Shown: positions 30,474-38,928, counted from the first letter of the stretch. The stretch: DNA of 64,000 nt from an uncultured Anaerolineaceae bacterium (GCA_964420835.1 CAYQUO010000001.1:19643-83642), one strand, 5' to 3'. The notes: a model not told the origin generated them from the letters alone. Made by a program: numbers and translations.

Positions 30474-31406
30474 TCACCACCAAACGCGGAACCAGGTGGC
30501 GGCTTCGACCTTGGTGCCACCCGGAAAGGCGTTAATGCGCACGGGCACGACCTGGCGAATGGGCGACTGGCGCACAGTGAATTCGTACTGGCTGATGCCG
30601 TTGGTGTCTGTTGGCTCCAGGTAGATGGATTGCACCTCCGAGCCCGGCCAGAACACCTGGGCTTCCAGCACCACCCCGCGCACCGGTTGGAATTGCTGGT
30701 CCAGGACGACGACGCTGAGTTTTTGCCAGCCATTCACCTGCACCAGGGGGCGGGAGACGAAGGCAAAAACCCGGGTATGCGTTGGGGAGAGGATGGTGTC
30801 CAGGCCGGAGGTGCCCTTGATCGCCTGCCGGCGCATGTGTGCCAGGCCCAGGTCGCTCAGCACCACCCGCTGGCCGGAGGGCATCTCCGGGCGCCATTCC
30901 ATGCGCACGAACTGGAAGTTCTGCACCAGGCGCCCGTCCTTCTCCTCCACGCCGGAGATCGGGCTGCCAAAGTAGATCTCCCCGTTGTAGCGCTCATAAA
31001 AATCCAGGAAACTGGAGCAGACGGAATGACCGGTTTGGGGGAATTGCCGGCAGCCGCCAACCCGGCTGGCTGCCACCATGGGAACGCCCGGTTCGTAAAG
31101 CATCTGGCCCAGTGGTGCCAGGACCACGTGGCCGTTCACCAGGTCCAGGCGCACTTTCTGGAAGTACTGCACCTGCCCGCTGCCGCCCTGCGGGTCGGCC
31201 ATGCCATCGCTCACCGGGTAGCCGAAGACAACCAGCGGGTCCCCTGTGCCCAGGTACACCCGGGCGAACTCGCCGCGGATCCAGTGACCGGTCGCTTCGA
31301 TGTAAATGTCGCCGCTGTCCTGCGAAAAGGCCTGCATGGGGCCGGCAGCGATGGCAGCCAGGGCCAAAACCAGCACAAATAGGGTAAATCGAATCGCGCC
31401 CCGCAT
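30474..31406 (-). CDS. secreted hypothetical protein
   Basis: It has a signal peptide (MRGAIRFTLFVLVLALAAIAAGPMQAFS) and two similar modules (...FGYPVSDG...QYFQKVRL / ...FGSPISGV...QNFQFVRM). It has its own terminator. Confidence 0.5.
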   Translation of the reverse strand: MRGAIRFTLFVLVLALAAIAAGPMQAFSQDSGDIYIEATGHWIRGEFARVYLGTGDPLVVFGYPVSDGMADPQGGSGQVQYFQKVRLDLVNGHVVLAPLGQMLYEPGVPMVAASRVGGCRQFPQTGHSVCSSFLDFYERYNGEIYFGSPISGVEEKDGRLVQNFQFVRMEWRPEMPSGQRVVLSDLGLAHMRRQAIKGTSGLDTILSPTHTRVFAFVSRPLVQVNGWQKLSVVVLDQQFQPVRGVVLEAQVFWPGSEVQSIYLEPTDTNGISQYEFTVRQSPIRQVVPVRINAFPGGTKVEAATWFRVWW

Positions 31407-31500
31407 ACGTAGATATTATACAGAGGTTTGAATCAAAAAACAATCCTATACGCAAGCAAGGGTTAAATTTGCAGGGTATAATGGCATGTGGAGGTGTGAA

Positions 31501-31887
31501 ATGACATCGGGACCGCAGAGGAACATCACCCCGTCCAAGGGGGTTGGTTTTTTCAGGGAGTTGACCACGCGCGCCAAACTGGTCCTTCGCCTGATGGGTG
31601 ACCGGCGGGTGAGCATCTTCCTCAAGGCGCTGCCGGTCTTTTCGCTGGCGTACTTTCTGATCCCGGACCTCGTCCCTGGCCCGCTCGATGATGCCTTCAT
31701 CATCTGGCTGGGCTCCTACCTGTTCGTGGAACTTTGCCCCGAATGGGTGGTCGCGGAACACCTCCAGCACCTCAGATCCGTGGTGCCAGGGGAATGGAAG
31801 GACCTCTCCGATGGAGAAGGGCCCATCGACGGCCAGTTCCATGAGGAGGTCCCCCTTTATGGGGCGGAGGAGGACGGCGGGCCCTGA
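31501..31887 (+). CDS. DUF1232 (YkvA-like) membrane protein
   Basis: It contains YFLIPDLVPGPLDDAFIIWLGSYL. I prefer the ATG at 31501 because GGAGGTG lies 5 nt upstream. A TATAAT is present at 31477-31482. Confidence 0.6.
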   Translation: MTSGPQRNITPSKGVGFFRELTTRAKLVLRLMGDRRVSIFLKALPVFSLAYFLIPDLVPGPLDDAFIIWLGSYLFVELCPEWVVAEHLQHLRSVVPGEWKDLSDGEGPIDGQFHEEVPLYGAEEDGGP

Positions 31888-31940
31888 TCCCGCCGCCGGG
31901 CCGGCGCACCCGCCGGCGAACAAGGTTAAGGAGCAAACCC

Positions 31941-32165
31941 ATGAGCAAACAAACCTGGAAGATAAGCCGCATCCGCTATTGTGACCATGCCGGGCGCGAG
32001 GTCTCGCTGGAAACGGAGATCATCCTCCCGGCCGAGTTCATGCCGGAAACACCGCCGCGTATCCGCGCCCATCGCTGTTCGATGGCGATGGAGTGCCGGC
32101 AGGTCGACCAGCCTGCCTGCGTGTGGTGTGGCAGCAACCCGAGCGTGGACCCGTTCCACGGCTGA
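31941..32165 (+). CDS. small Cys-containing hypothetical protein (74 aa)
   Basis: AAGGAG lies 8 nt upstream of the ATG. The five Cys include CVWC near the C-terminus. The gene is followed by a hairpin and a T8 run. Confidence 0.4.
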   Translation: MSKQTWKISRIRYCDHAGREVSLETEIILPAEFMPETPPRIRAHRCSMAMECRQVDQPACVWCGSNPSVDPFHG

Positions 32166-32193
32166 ACAGGCTTTCCTGCCTTGCCATGGGAAT

Positions 32194-32231
32194 GGCTGCC
32201 GGCGCCAGCCCGGCCGTGGGGGTTTTTTTTA
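32194..32231 (+). terminator. probable terminator (GC hairpins + T8)
   Basis: GGCTG-ccggcgc-CAGCC, or alternatively GCCGG...CCGGC, is followed by gtggggg and T8 at 32223-32230. The geometry is not canonical. Confidence 0.4.
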
Positions 32232-32249
32232 AATTACCGTGAGTTTGAT

Positions 32250-32278
32250 TTCACAAAAACATCTTAATAAGATATAAT
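32250..32278 (+). promoter_or_regulatory. promoter candidate P1 (TTCACA-N17-TATAAT)
   Basis: ttcaca is at 32250-55, followed by a 17-nt spacer and tataat at 32273-78. The spacer contains the ATCTTAATAAGAT inverted repeat. Confidence 0.5.
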
Positions 32279-32297
32279 ATGTCCATTAAAATTTTGC

Positions 32298-32326
32298 TTG
32301 ACTTTCGCCGGCGAAATCATTATAGT
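32298..32326 (+). promoter_or_regulatory. promoter candidate P2 (TTGACT-N17-TATAGT) with a 14-bp perfect palindrome in the spacer
   Basis: ttgact is at 32298-303 and tatagt at 32321-326. The spacer holds TTTCGCCGGCGAAA (32303-32316), which is a perfect palindrome. Confidence 0.6.
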
Positions 32327-32339
32327 AGAAATTGCCGCG

Positions 32340-32497
32340 GTTTCCAGGCGAATGGGCTGGGAGGTCAGGCAGGGTGTAACCCGGGAACGGGTTGCAACCG
32401 GCGCCTGTGCGGGCTGGGTGCACAAGCCGGCCCAGGCATGGAGAACGATGTCACCGGTGAGGAAGCAAGCAGTACCACAATTTAAGGAGGAGTTAAG
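32340..32497 (+). ncRNA. long structured 5' leader; candidate riboswitch (weak cobalamin-riboswitch-like core)
   Basis: The leader runs about 165 nt between P2 and the ATG. A closing helix forms between GUUUCC (32340-45) and GGAAGC (32461-66). Internal elements are GGGAGG, GGGUGUAACCC, the GNRA hairpin AACCCG-GGAA-CGGGUU, GCAACCGGCGCCUGUG, and GUCACCGGUGAGGAAGC-AAGCAGUACC just before the RBS AAGGAGG. I hand-aligned these elements from my recollection of the cobalamin riboswitch consensus and of the T. tengcongensis AdoCbl sequence. Confidence 0.35.
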
Positions 32498-33310
32498 ATG
32501 AACAAACGTTTGTTGCTGTTGATTGCTGTTCTTGTATTTGTCACCTTGGCTTGCGATATTGGCGGTATCGGCGCCCAGGCCACTGAAACCCCGCCACCGC
32601 CACCCACGGAAGCACCCCCGCCACCTCCAACGGTGGAAGAGCCCGTAGCTGAGCCGGGCACCACGGGAGAAACCCATGTTGTCGAGGAGAGCAGCGGCTA
32701 CTTTGTGGACGAGTTCGACGGAGACCTGGAGGACTGGGAGCATTTTGTGATCGTTGGCAACCCGGATGGCAAGTACATCCGCCAGGTGGGCGGTGACCGC
32801 GTCAAGTTCGAACTGCCCAAGCAGGACACCTCGGTTTATTATGATAAGACCGGTTTCGTCATGGAGGACGTCCTTGTTGAGACTGAGGTGGAAACCGTGG
32901 GCGGTGACGACAACGGCATCATGCTCTTTTGCCGCCGCTCGGACAAGGGCTGGTATGAGATGCGGGTGCACACGGTGGGGCGGTTTGCCGGCACTTACGA
33001 GGCCTACCGGTTCGACCCCAAGTTGCGCTCGCGCAACCAGAACCCTTACGTGAACCTGTTGAAGGACATCGAGCGGATCTCCACCTACGAACTTAAATCC
33101 GGCTTCCAGGTCAACAAAATTGGACTGCTTTGCCAGGAGGACGAGATCCGCATCATGATCAACGGCGTTGAGGAGTTGCCATTGAACCGAAAGACCGACA
33201 TCATCCGCGACAGCACGCTCAAGGAAGGCACGGTGGGCCTTGGCGTCATGTCCATGGGGTGGGGCCCGGTCAATATCGAGTTCGAATCGATTTCCGCCTC
33301 TCAACCCTGA
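32498..33310 (+). CDS. lipoprotein with jelly-roll (LamG/DUF1080-like) domain, function unknown
   Basis: It has a lipobox (LLLIAVLVFVTLAC-DIGG), a Pro-rich linker and then beta-rich text ending GTVGLGVMSMGWGPVNIEFESI. Sample lines are about 48-55% GC, clearly lower than the neighbouring genes. Confidence 0.6.
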   Translation: MNKRLLLLIAVLVFVTLACDIGGIGAQATETPPPPPTEAPPPPPTVEEPVAEPGTTGETHVVEESSGYFVDEFDGDLEDWEHFVIVGNPDGKYIRQVGGDRVKFELPKQDTSVYYDKTGFVMEDVLVETEVETVGGDDNGIMLFCRRSDKGWYEMRVHTVGRFAGTYEAYRFDPKLRSRNQNPYVNLLKDIERISTYELKSGFQVNKIGLLCQEDEIRIMINGVEELPLNRKTDIIRDSTLKEGTVGLGVMSMGWGPVNIEFESISASQP

Positions 33311-33339
33311 TCCATTGCAGGCTTAACGGGCCATTCAAA

Positions 33340-33368
33340 GGCGGGCGCATTGGCGCCCGCCTTTTTTT
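33340..33368 (+). terminator. rho-independent terminator
   Basis: GGCGGGCGC-attg-GCGCCCGCC (9 bp) is followed by T7. Confidence 0.9.
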
Positions 33369-33413
33369 GCCTGTGATACAATCATCGCGTGACCTTCTCC
33401 GGGGGCTCCCAGC

Positions 33414-34595
33414 ATGCCGGTTAATTTCCAGCAGATTCAGCAGCAGGTACGGGATTATGTCGCTCGGGCGCCGCGGCGCCGGCAGGAACTGCAGCAGCGC
33501 CGCGACTTGGCCCTGCGCCAGTTTGCCCTCTACCGGGAGCGCCTGGAGGAACTGGGCCGGCTGGCCGAACAGGCAGCCGCCCGCAACGAAGCCCTGCGCA
33601 GCGCCCTGCCTGCAGCCGGACCGCTGGATGCCCGCCACCCGGCACCCCCGCCCCCGGCTGAACCCTACGTGCTGCTGGCCGCCGACGGATCGCAGGTGCA
33701 CCCCGACCGCCACGAACAGGTGGAGTTTGCCGTAATCAATGCCGGGGTGTTCCGCATCCTGCCCGGGCAGGGGCAGCCGCCCCGGGAACTGCGCGGCAGC
33801 CGGCTGCTGGTGGATGAGGAACTGCATCCCGCGGAAGGCCCGGTTACCGAGGAGGGGGTTTCACTGCTGCGCGACCTGAGCGAACGCCAGGCGCTGGCCG
33901 ACCAGGTGGAGCGGGAGGAACTGCCCGTGGTGGCCCTCACCGATGGACCGCTGGAACTGTTCCGGGAGCCCAGCCAGCGGGCGGATTATCAGCGCCATTT
34001 TCGCGAATACCTGGAGGCCCTGCACCGCCTGGCGGCTAGGAGGACAGCCCTGTGCGGCTACGTGGACCGGCCGCGCTCCGACCTGGTGGTGCGCCTGTTG
34101 GAATTGACCCTGTTGGACCCTGCCGCCCCGGACCCCGGCCGCGCCGGCCGCCCCCTGCAGCAGGTGGGCGATGCTGATCTCTTCGGCCCCCTGCTGGCGC
34201 CCGGTGAACGCTCGGCCGTGTTCGGTATCCAGTCCCTTTCCGCCCGCCATTTCCGGGCGGAACTGGCGCTGCATTTCTTCTACCTGAATGTGGGTCCGCA
34301 GGAAAACGGTCAACTGGCCCGGGTTGAAATTCCCCGCTGGGTGGCTGATGACCCGGCGCTTTTGGGCATGCTGCAGGCTGTGCTGGTGGAACAGGTGAAG
34401 CCCGCCGGCGGAAGGCCTTATCCCTACGCCCTGCACCGGGCGCACGAGGTGGCGCTGGTGGGCTTTGAGGAAAAGAACCAGTTGCGCGACCTGATCGTTC
34501 ACGAGATGCTGCGGCAGGGCATCCCTGTCCGGAGCATCTCGAGCAAACAAGGAATGAAGAACATCTCCGAAAAACGAGCGAGGTATTCAAAATGA
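33414..34595 (+). CDS. nurA: NurA-domain nuclease
   Basis: NurA-type motifs appear in order: VLLAADGSQVHP, VVALTDGPLELF, GYVDRPRSDLVVRLL and LLAPGERSAVFGIQS. Length is 393 aa. Confidence 0.7.
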   Translation: MPVNFQQIQQQVRDYVARAPRRRQELQQRRDLALRQFALYRERLEELGRLAEQAAARNEALRSALPAAGPLDARHPAPPPPAEPYVLLAADGSQVHPDRHEQVEFAVINAGVFRILPGQGQPPRELRGSRLLVDEELHPAEGPVTEEGVSLLRDLSERQALADQVEREELPVVALTDGPLELFREPSQRADYQRHFREYLEALHRLAARRTALCGYVDRPRSDLVVRLLELTLLDPAAPDPGRAGRPLQQVGDADLFGPLLAPGERSAVFGIQSLSARHFRAELALHFFYLNVGPQENGQLARVEIPRWVADDPALLGMLQAVLVEQVKPAGGRPYPYALHRAHEVALVGFEEKNQLRDLIVHEMLRQGIPVRSISSKQGMKNISEKRARYSK

Positions 34596-35206
34596 GCGTG
34601 ATCGAGATTGGCCGCCTGCTGCGCTCCGGCACTGCCGGCTGCGTAATCGGCTGCCAGGCTGACCGCCTGGAAACGCCTGCCTTTGGCGCCATGGTGCGCA
34701 TCCCCATCGGTGGCCCGCAGCCGCTGGATATTTACGGGATCATCCATGACATCCACATCGATGACGACGGGCTGGTTCGCCAATTGGTGACCGCCGGCGA
34801 TGTGCCCGAGGAACTGATCCTGGACAACCGCCTGAACCGCAACGTGCCGGTGGAGATGAGCGTGTTGTTCATCGGCCATGCCGCGGGTGGCGGCCTCCGG
34901 CACCTGCTGCCGCCGCGCCCGCCGCTGACCCTGGAGTCCATCTACCTGTGCTCACCGGCCGAGATCTGTGCCTTCACCGCAGCCGGGCGCTTTGGCTATT
35001 TCCGGCATATCCTGCGCGCCGTGGACCTGCCCACTGCCGAACTGCTGGCCGCCCACCTGCTGCAGGCCGCCCGGGCCCAGGGCTCCGCCGGCAACCCCGC
35101 CTGGGTGGCCGATGCCGAGCGCGAACTGATCACCCTGCTGCGGGATGACTACCCGACCCTGATGTCCGTGTTGGGCGCCCTGGCCGATGCCGACCTGCCC
35201 GCCTGA
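34592..35206 (+). CDS. hypothetical protein, N-terminal HAS-barrel-like region (nurA/herA-associated)
   Basis: The 204-aa ORF starts in an ATGA overlap with the nurA stop. Its N-terminal pattern (IEIGRLLRSG..VIG....L..PAFGAMVRIPI.....DIYGIIHDIHI) is collinear with the N-terminus of the downstream HerA (IGYIVGGS....ARLTL....EGSFVVIES..WRFYGLATDLQL). The functional call is inference. Confidence 0.45.
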   Translation: MSVIEIGRLLRSGTAGCVIGCQADRLETPAFGAMVRIPIGGPQPLDIYGIIHDIHIDDDGLVRQLVTAGDVPEELILDNRLNRNVPVEMSVLFIGHAAGGGLRHLLPPRPPLTLESIYLCSPAEICAFTAAGRFGYFRHILRAVDLPTAELLAAHLLQAARAQGSAGNPAWVADAERELITLLRDDYPTLMSVLGALADADLPA

Positions 35207-35227
35207 CCCCCCCAGAGGAGCAGCCCA

Positions 35228-36955
35228 ATGAACGACTTCCACGCAAATGAAAATCAAACCCCCGTGGCCGGATCCATCGGCTACATCGTTGGCGGCAGCC
35301 TGAAGGAGAACCTGCGCGCCCGCCTGACCCTGCCGCCCGAACAGGTGCAGGAGGGCAGTTTTGTGGTCATCGAGAGTGACCTGTGGAGGTTCTATGGCCT
35401 GGCGACAGACCTGCAACTGGGCGCCACCGACCCGCGCTTCGCCGACGAGCAGAGCGAGGTGCGCCTGCCGGCCAGCCTGGCCGCCCACCTGCATGGGCAA
35501 ACGCTGTTCACCACGCTGGAGATCCTGCCGGCGTTGATGCTGGAATGCGGGCCGGACCCGGCTTCTCCGGAATACGCCGCCTGGCGCCTGGAACACCCGG
35601 AGGACGACCGCCCGCGCCCAATCAAGACCATCCCGCGGCACCATGCCGCCGTACGCCTGGCCACGGAAGGCGACGTGGCCGAGATCTTCGGGCAGCCGGG
35701 GAAGGGCGGCAACTTTGCCATCGGCACCACCCGCGAGCAGGGCCACCCGGTATGCCTGGACCTGGACAGGCTGATCCTGCGCTCGGCGGGCATCTTCGGC
35801 GCCACCGGCACCGGAAAATCCTTCCTGGCGCGCCTCCTGCTGGCCGGGCTGATCCGGCACAACAAAGCCTCGGTGCTGGTCTTTGACATGCACAACGAGT
35901 ACGGCTTCGATGACCGGGCTTCGGATACCGGGCAGCAGGTGCCCGGCCTGCGAACAAAATTCCCCGCCATGGTGCGGGTGGTGGCACTGGGGCGCGGTTC
36001 CATGGTGCGCGAGGACCAGCCGGACTTCCAATTGGAGATCGCCGGCAGCGACATCCAGCCGGAGGATATTGAAATGCTCACCCGTGAACTGAACCTGAAG
36101 GAGACCACCCCGGCCACCCTGGATGCCCTGGTGACCAAATTCGGGCGGGCCGACTGGTACCGGCAATTTAAAGCCATGAAGGTGGGATCGGTGTTAAAGG
36201 ATGAAGAAAGCGGCAAGACCACCCCGGCGCCGGACAGCGTGGCCGCCTGGGCCAACGAAGCCGGGGTGAACGTGATGGCCGCCGAAGGCCTGCACAACAA
36301 ACTGGGGCGTGTGTTCCGCCTGCCGTACATCACAGACCGCCCGGCAGCCGATACACTGCAGGAGATCATCCGGCTGTTGGAGGCGGGCAACCACATCGTC
36401 CTCTCCTTTGCCAACCACGAGACGGACCTGGACTACCTGCTGGTGACCAACCTGATCACCCGGCGAATCCGCGAGGCCTGGGAGAAGAAGACCAACGAGG
36501 CGCGCAGCCGGGAGGGCGGCGAACCGCGCCAACTGGTGGTTGTGCTGGAGGAAGCCCACAAACTGCTCAACCGGGAGATGTCGCGCCAGACGGCCTTCAG
36601 CATCATCGCCCGGGAGATGCGCAAATACTTCGTCACCCTGCTGGTGATCGACCAGCGCCCCTCGCAGATCGACGACGAGGTGATGTCACAATTGGGCACA
36701 CGCATTTCGGGCTGGCTGGGGGATGACCTGGACATCCAGGCCGTGCTCTCGGGGTTGGCCGGCCGCGAGGCGCTGCGGGGCATGCTCTCGCGCCTGCAGC
36801 CCAAGGAGGAGGTGCTCCTGCTCGGCTGGGGCATGCCCATGCCGCTGCCGGTGCGCTCGCGGCGCTACGACGACCGCTTCTGGCAGGAACTGACCGGAAA
36901 GCCGGCCGCCCGGCGCAGCGCGCAGGAATTCATCGATACGATCGCCCCGCAGTGA
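35228..36955 (+). CDS. herA: HerA/DUF87 family hexameric ATPase-translocase
   Basis: It has Walker A GATGTGKS (35798-35821), Walker B VVVLEEAHKLL and an N-terminal barrel-like region. The text VTLLVIDQRPSQID is typical of HerA/FtsK-class ATPases. GAGGAG lies upstream of the ATG. Confidence 0.8.
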   Translation: MNDFHANENQTPVAGSIGYIVGGSLKENLRARLTLPPEQVQEGSFVVIESDLWRFYGLATDLQLGATDPRFADEQSEVRLPASLAAHLHGQTLFTTLEILPALMLECGPDPASPEYAAWRLEHPEDDRPRPIKTIPRHHAAVRLATEGDVAEIFGQPGKGGNFAIGTTREQGHPVCLDLDRLILRSAGIFGATGTGKSFLARLLLAGLIRHNKASVLVFDMHNEYGFDDRASDTGQQVPGLRTKFPAMVRVVALGRGSMVREDQPDFQLEIAGSDIQPEDIEMLTRELNLKETTPATLDALVTKFGRADWYRQFKAMKVGSVLKDEESGKTTPAPDSVAAWANEAGVNVMAAEGLHNKLGRVFRLPYITDRPAADTLQEIIRLLEAGNHIVLSFANHETDLDYLLVTNLITRRIREAWEKKTNEARSREGGEPRQLVVVLEEAHKLLNREMSRQTAFSIIAREMRKYFVTLLVIDQRPSQIDDEVMSQLGTRISGWLGDDLDIQAVLSGLAGREALRGMLSRLQPKEEVLLLGWGMPMPLPVRSRRYDDRFWQELTGKPAARRSAQEFIDTIAPQ

Positions 36956-36995
36956 GAGCGAACGCGGGCTCGTTTGCAATTGGGAACGGGGGAGA

Positions 36996-37445
36996 TCAGG
37001 GCCAGATCAGCTTGAAGGCGATGGACGTAAGCGCCCCTAGGATCACACCGCCGACCACCTGGCGCGGGGTGTGCCCCAGTACCTCTTTTAACAACTCCTG
37101 GTAAACCTGCTGCCCTTGCAGCAGTTCGCGAAAGAGGATGTTAATGCGCTCGGCATGCATGCCCGCTTGCCGGCGCACCCCGGCCGCGTCGTGAATGACG
37201 ACCATGCTTATCGCCAGTGCCAGGGCAAAGACAGGGGTGTTGAACCCGTCGTACAGGCCTATTGCCAGGGTCATGCCGGCCATGAGGGCTGCATGCGAAC
37301 TGGGCATGCCGCCGGTATCCAGCATGACCCCCCAACGCCACTTGCCGTTGGTCAGGCGGTGAAAGGGCGCTTTGAGCAGTTGTGCCAGTGCCCAGGCGGT
37401 CAGCCCGGAGATGAGGATGCGGTAATCAGGCAGCACCAGGGGCAT
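36996..37445 (-). CDS. divergent PAP2 / DUF212 family membrane protein
   Basis: It contains GGMPSSHAALMAGMTLAIG...VVIHDAAGVRRQAG. The start is set at ATG 37445 and overlaps the end of xseB by 20 nt. Confidence 0.75.
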   Translation of the reverse strand: MPLVLPDYRILISGLTAWALAQLLKAPFHRLTNGKWRWGVMLDTGGMPSSHAALMAGMTLAIGLYDGFNTPVFALALAISMVVIHDAAGVRRQAGMHAERINILFRELLQGQQVYQELLKEVLGHTPRQVVGGVILGALTSIAFKLIWP

Positions 37446-37686
37446 CCTCCGGGCCGTTTTCCCCACGTTCTTCCCCTGCAGCCACATCCAGTTGCCTCAC
37501 GCGCAGTTCAGCCTGTTCCAGCAGTTGCCGGCAGTGACGCACCAGTGCCTGCCCGCGCTCAAACAGGGCCATGGCCTGTTCCAGCGAGGGCTGGCCGCCC
37601 TCCAGCGAGCCGACGACCCCTTCCAGTTCGCTGTAGGCTTCTTCATAGGTCATTTCTTCGACCGGTTTTGCTGCCGTTTTGGCCAT
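37426..37686 (-). CDS. xseB: exodeoxyribonuclease VII small subunit
   Basis: It reads MTYEEAYSELEGVVGSLEGGQPSLEQAMALFERGQALVRHCRQLLEQAE. Confidence 0.85.
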   Translation of the reverse strand: MAKTAAKPVEEMTYEEAYSELEGVVGSLEGGQPSLEQAMALFERGQALVRHCRQLLEQAELRVRQLDVAAGEERGENGPEDAPGAA

Positions 37687-37698
37687 GTTTCACCTCTC

Positions 37699-38928
37699 TC
37701 ACTTTTCGCCCGGCACCCGTGCCGGGAACTGCCCGTCTGCCACCCGCACCTGCAGGCTGCTGCCCGGGGGAGCCTGTTTTACGCTGCGGACGATGGCCCC
37801 ATTATCCTCCCGGCTGACCACGGCAAAGCCCCGTTGCAACACGCTCAGCGGGTCCAGCGAACCCAGGCGCAGCCCAAGCCCCTCCAGGCCGGACCGCCTC
37901 AGGCGCAGGTCCTGGCGGATGTCCCGTTCCAGGCGCATGGAGAGCATGTCGGTTTGCTGCGAGGCATCCTGCACCCGGCGCAGGGGCGAGGCGCGCAGAA
38001 GCCGCTCACCGCGGAGGCCCAGTTCATGGCTCAGCCCGTCCAGGCGGGCGCGGGTGTACTCGGCGGCCGCCGAACCCAGGGCTGCCAGGGTTGCCTTCCA
38101 CTCGGCGATATCCGGCGAGGCGGCCACGGCGGCACCGGTGGGCGTGGGGGCGCGCAGGTCGGCGGCGAAGTCGGCCAGGGTAAAGTCGGTCTCATGGCCC
38201 ACCCCGCTGATGACCGGGGCTGGAGAATTTACAACAGCCCGCACCACCTGCTCATCGTTGAAGGCCCATAGATCCTCCAGGGAACCGCCGCCGCGCCCCA
38301 GCAGGATGACATCCGGCTGTTCGCGCCGGTTAAGCGCCCGGATGGCCGCCACGATCTGGGCGGGCGCCTCGGCGCCCTGCACGGCCGCTGGCGCCAGCAC
38401 GACCTCCGCCAGCGGGTAGCGGGCGGCCAGGGTGGTCAGCATGTCGTGCAGGGCGGCGCCGGTGGCCGAGGTGACGATGCCAATGCGCTGCGGGCGCTCC
38501 GGGATGGGGCGCTTGCGTTCGGGGGCGAACAGGCCTTCGGCCTCCAGGCGGGCTTTCAGGCGCAGGAATTCCTGGTACAGGCGCCCTTCCCCCACCATGC
38601 GCACCGCGCTGACGTACAACTGGCAGGTGCCGTCACGTTCGTAAAAACTGACTGAGCCGAAAGCCTCCAGCGCCAGTCCGTTCTGCAGGTCCATGCGCAG
38701 GCGGGCGGCCTGGCTGCGCCAGACCACGCAGCGGATGGAAGCCTCGCCCTCCTTCAGGCTGAAATAGATGTGCCCCGAGGAGGGAAAGGCCAGGTTGGAG
38801 ACCTCGCCGAAGACCCAGATGTTGGCCAGGTGTGGGCTGCCCTCGATCCAGCGGTGCAGGTAGCGTGCCAGTTCGGAGACGGTGAGCGATGCGGGGAGAA
38901 AAAGGGCTTCCTGTTCCGGGGTATCCAT
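37699..38928 (-). CDS. xseA: exodeoxyribonuclease VII large subunit
   Basis: It has an OB-fold N-terminus (LTVSELARYL...IWVFGEVSN) and catalytic-region text (IGIVTSATGAALHD, RGGGSLEDLWAFNDE, ISGVGHETDFTLADF). The ATG at 38928 directly abuts the upstream stop. Confidence 0.9.
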   Translation of the reverse strand: MDTPEQEALFLPASLTVSELARYLHRWIEGSPHLANIWVFGEVSNLAFPSSGHIYFSLKEGEASIRCVVWRSQAARLRMDLQNGLALEAFGSVSFYERDGTCQLYVSAVRMVGEGRLYQEFLRLKARLEAEGLFAPERKRPIPERPQRIGIVTSATGAALHDMLTTLAARYPLAEVVLAPAAVQGAEAPAQIVAAIRALNRREQPDVILLGRGGGSLEDLWAFNDEQVVRAVVNSPAPVISGVGHETDFTLADFAADLRAPTPTGAAVAASPDIAEWKATLAALGSAAAEYTRARLDGLSHELGLRGERLLRASPLRRVQDASQQTDMLSMRLERDIRQDLRLRRSGLEGLGLRLGSLDPLSVLQRGFAVVSREDNGAIVRSVKQAPPGSSLQVRVADGQFPARVPGEK

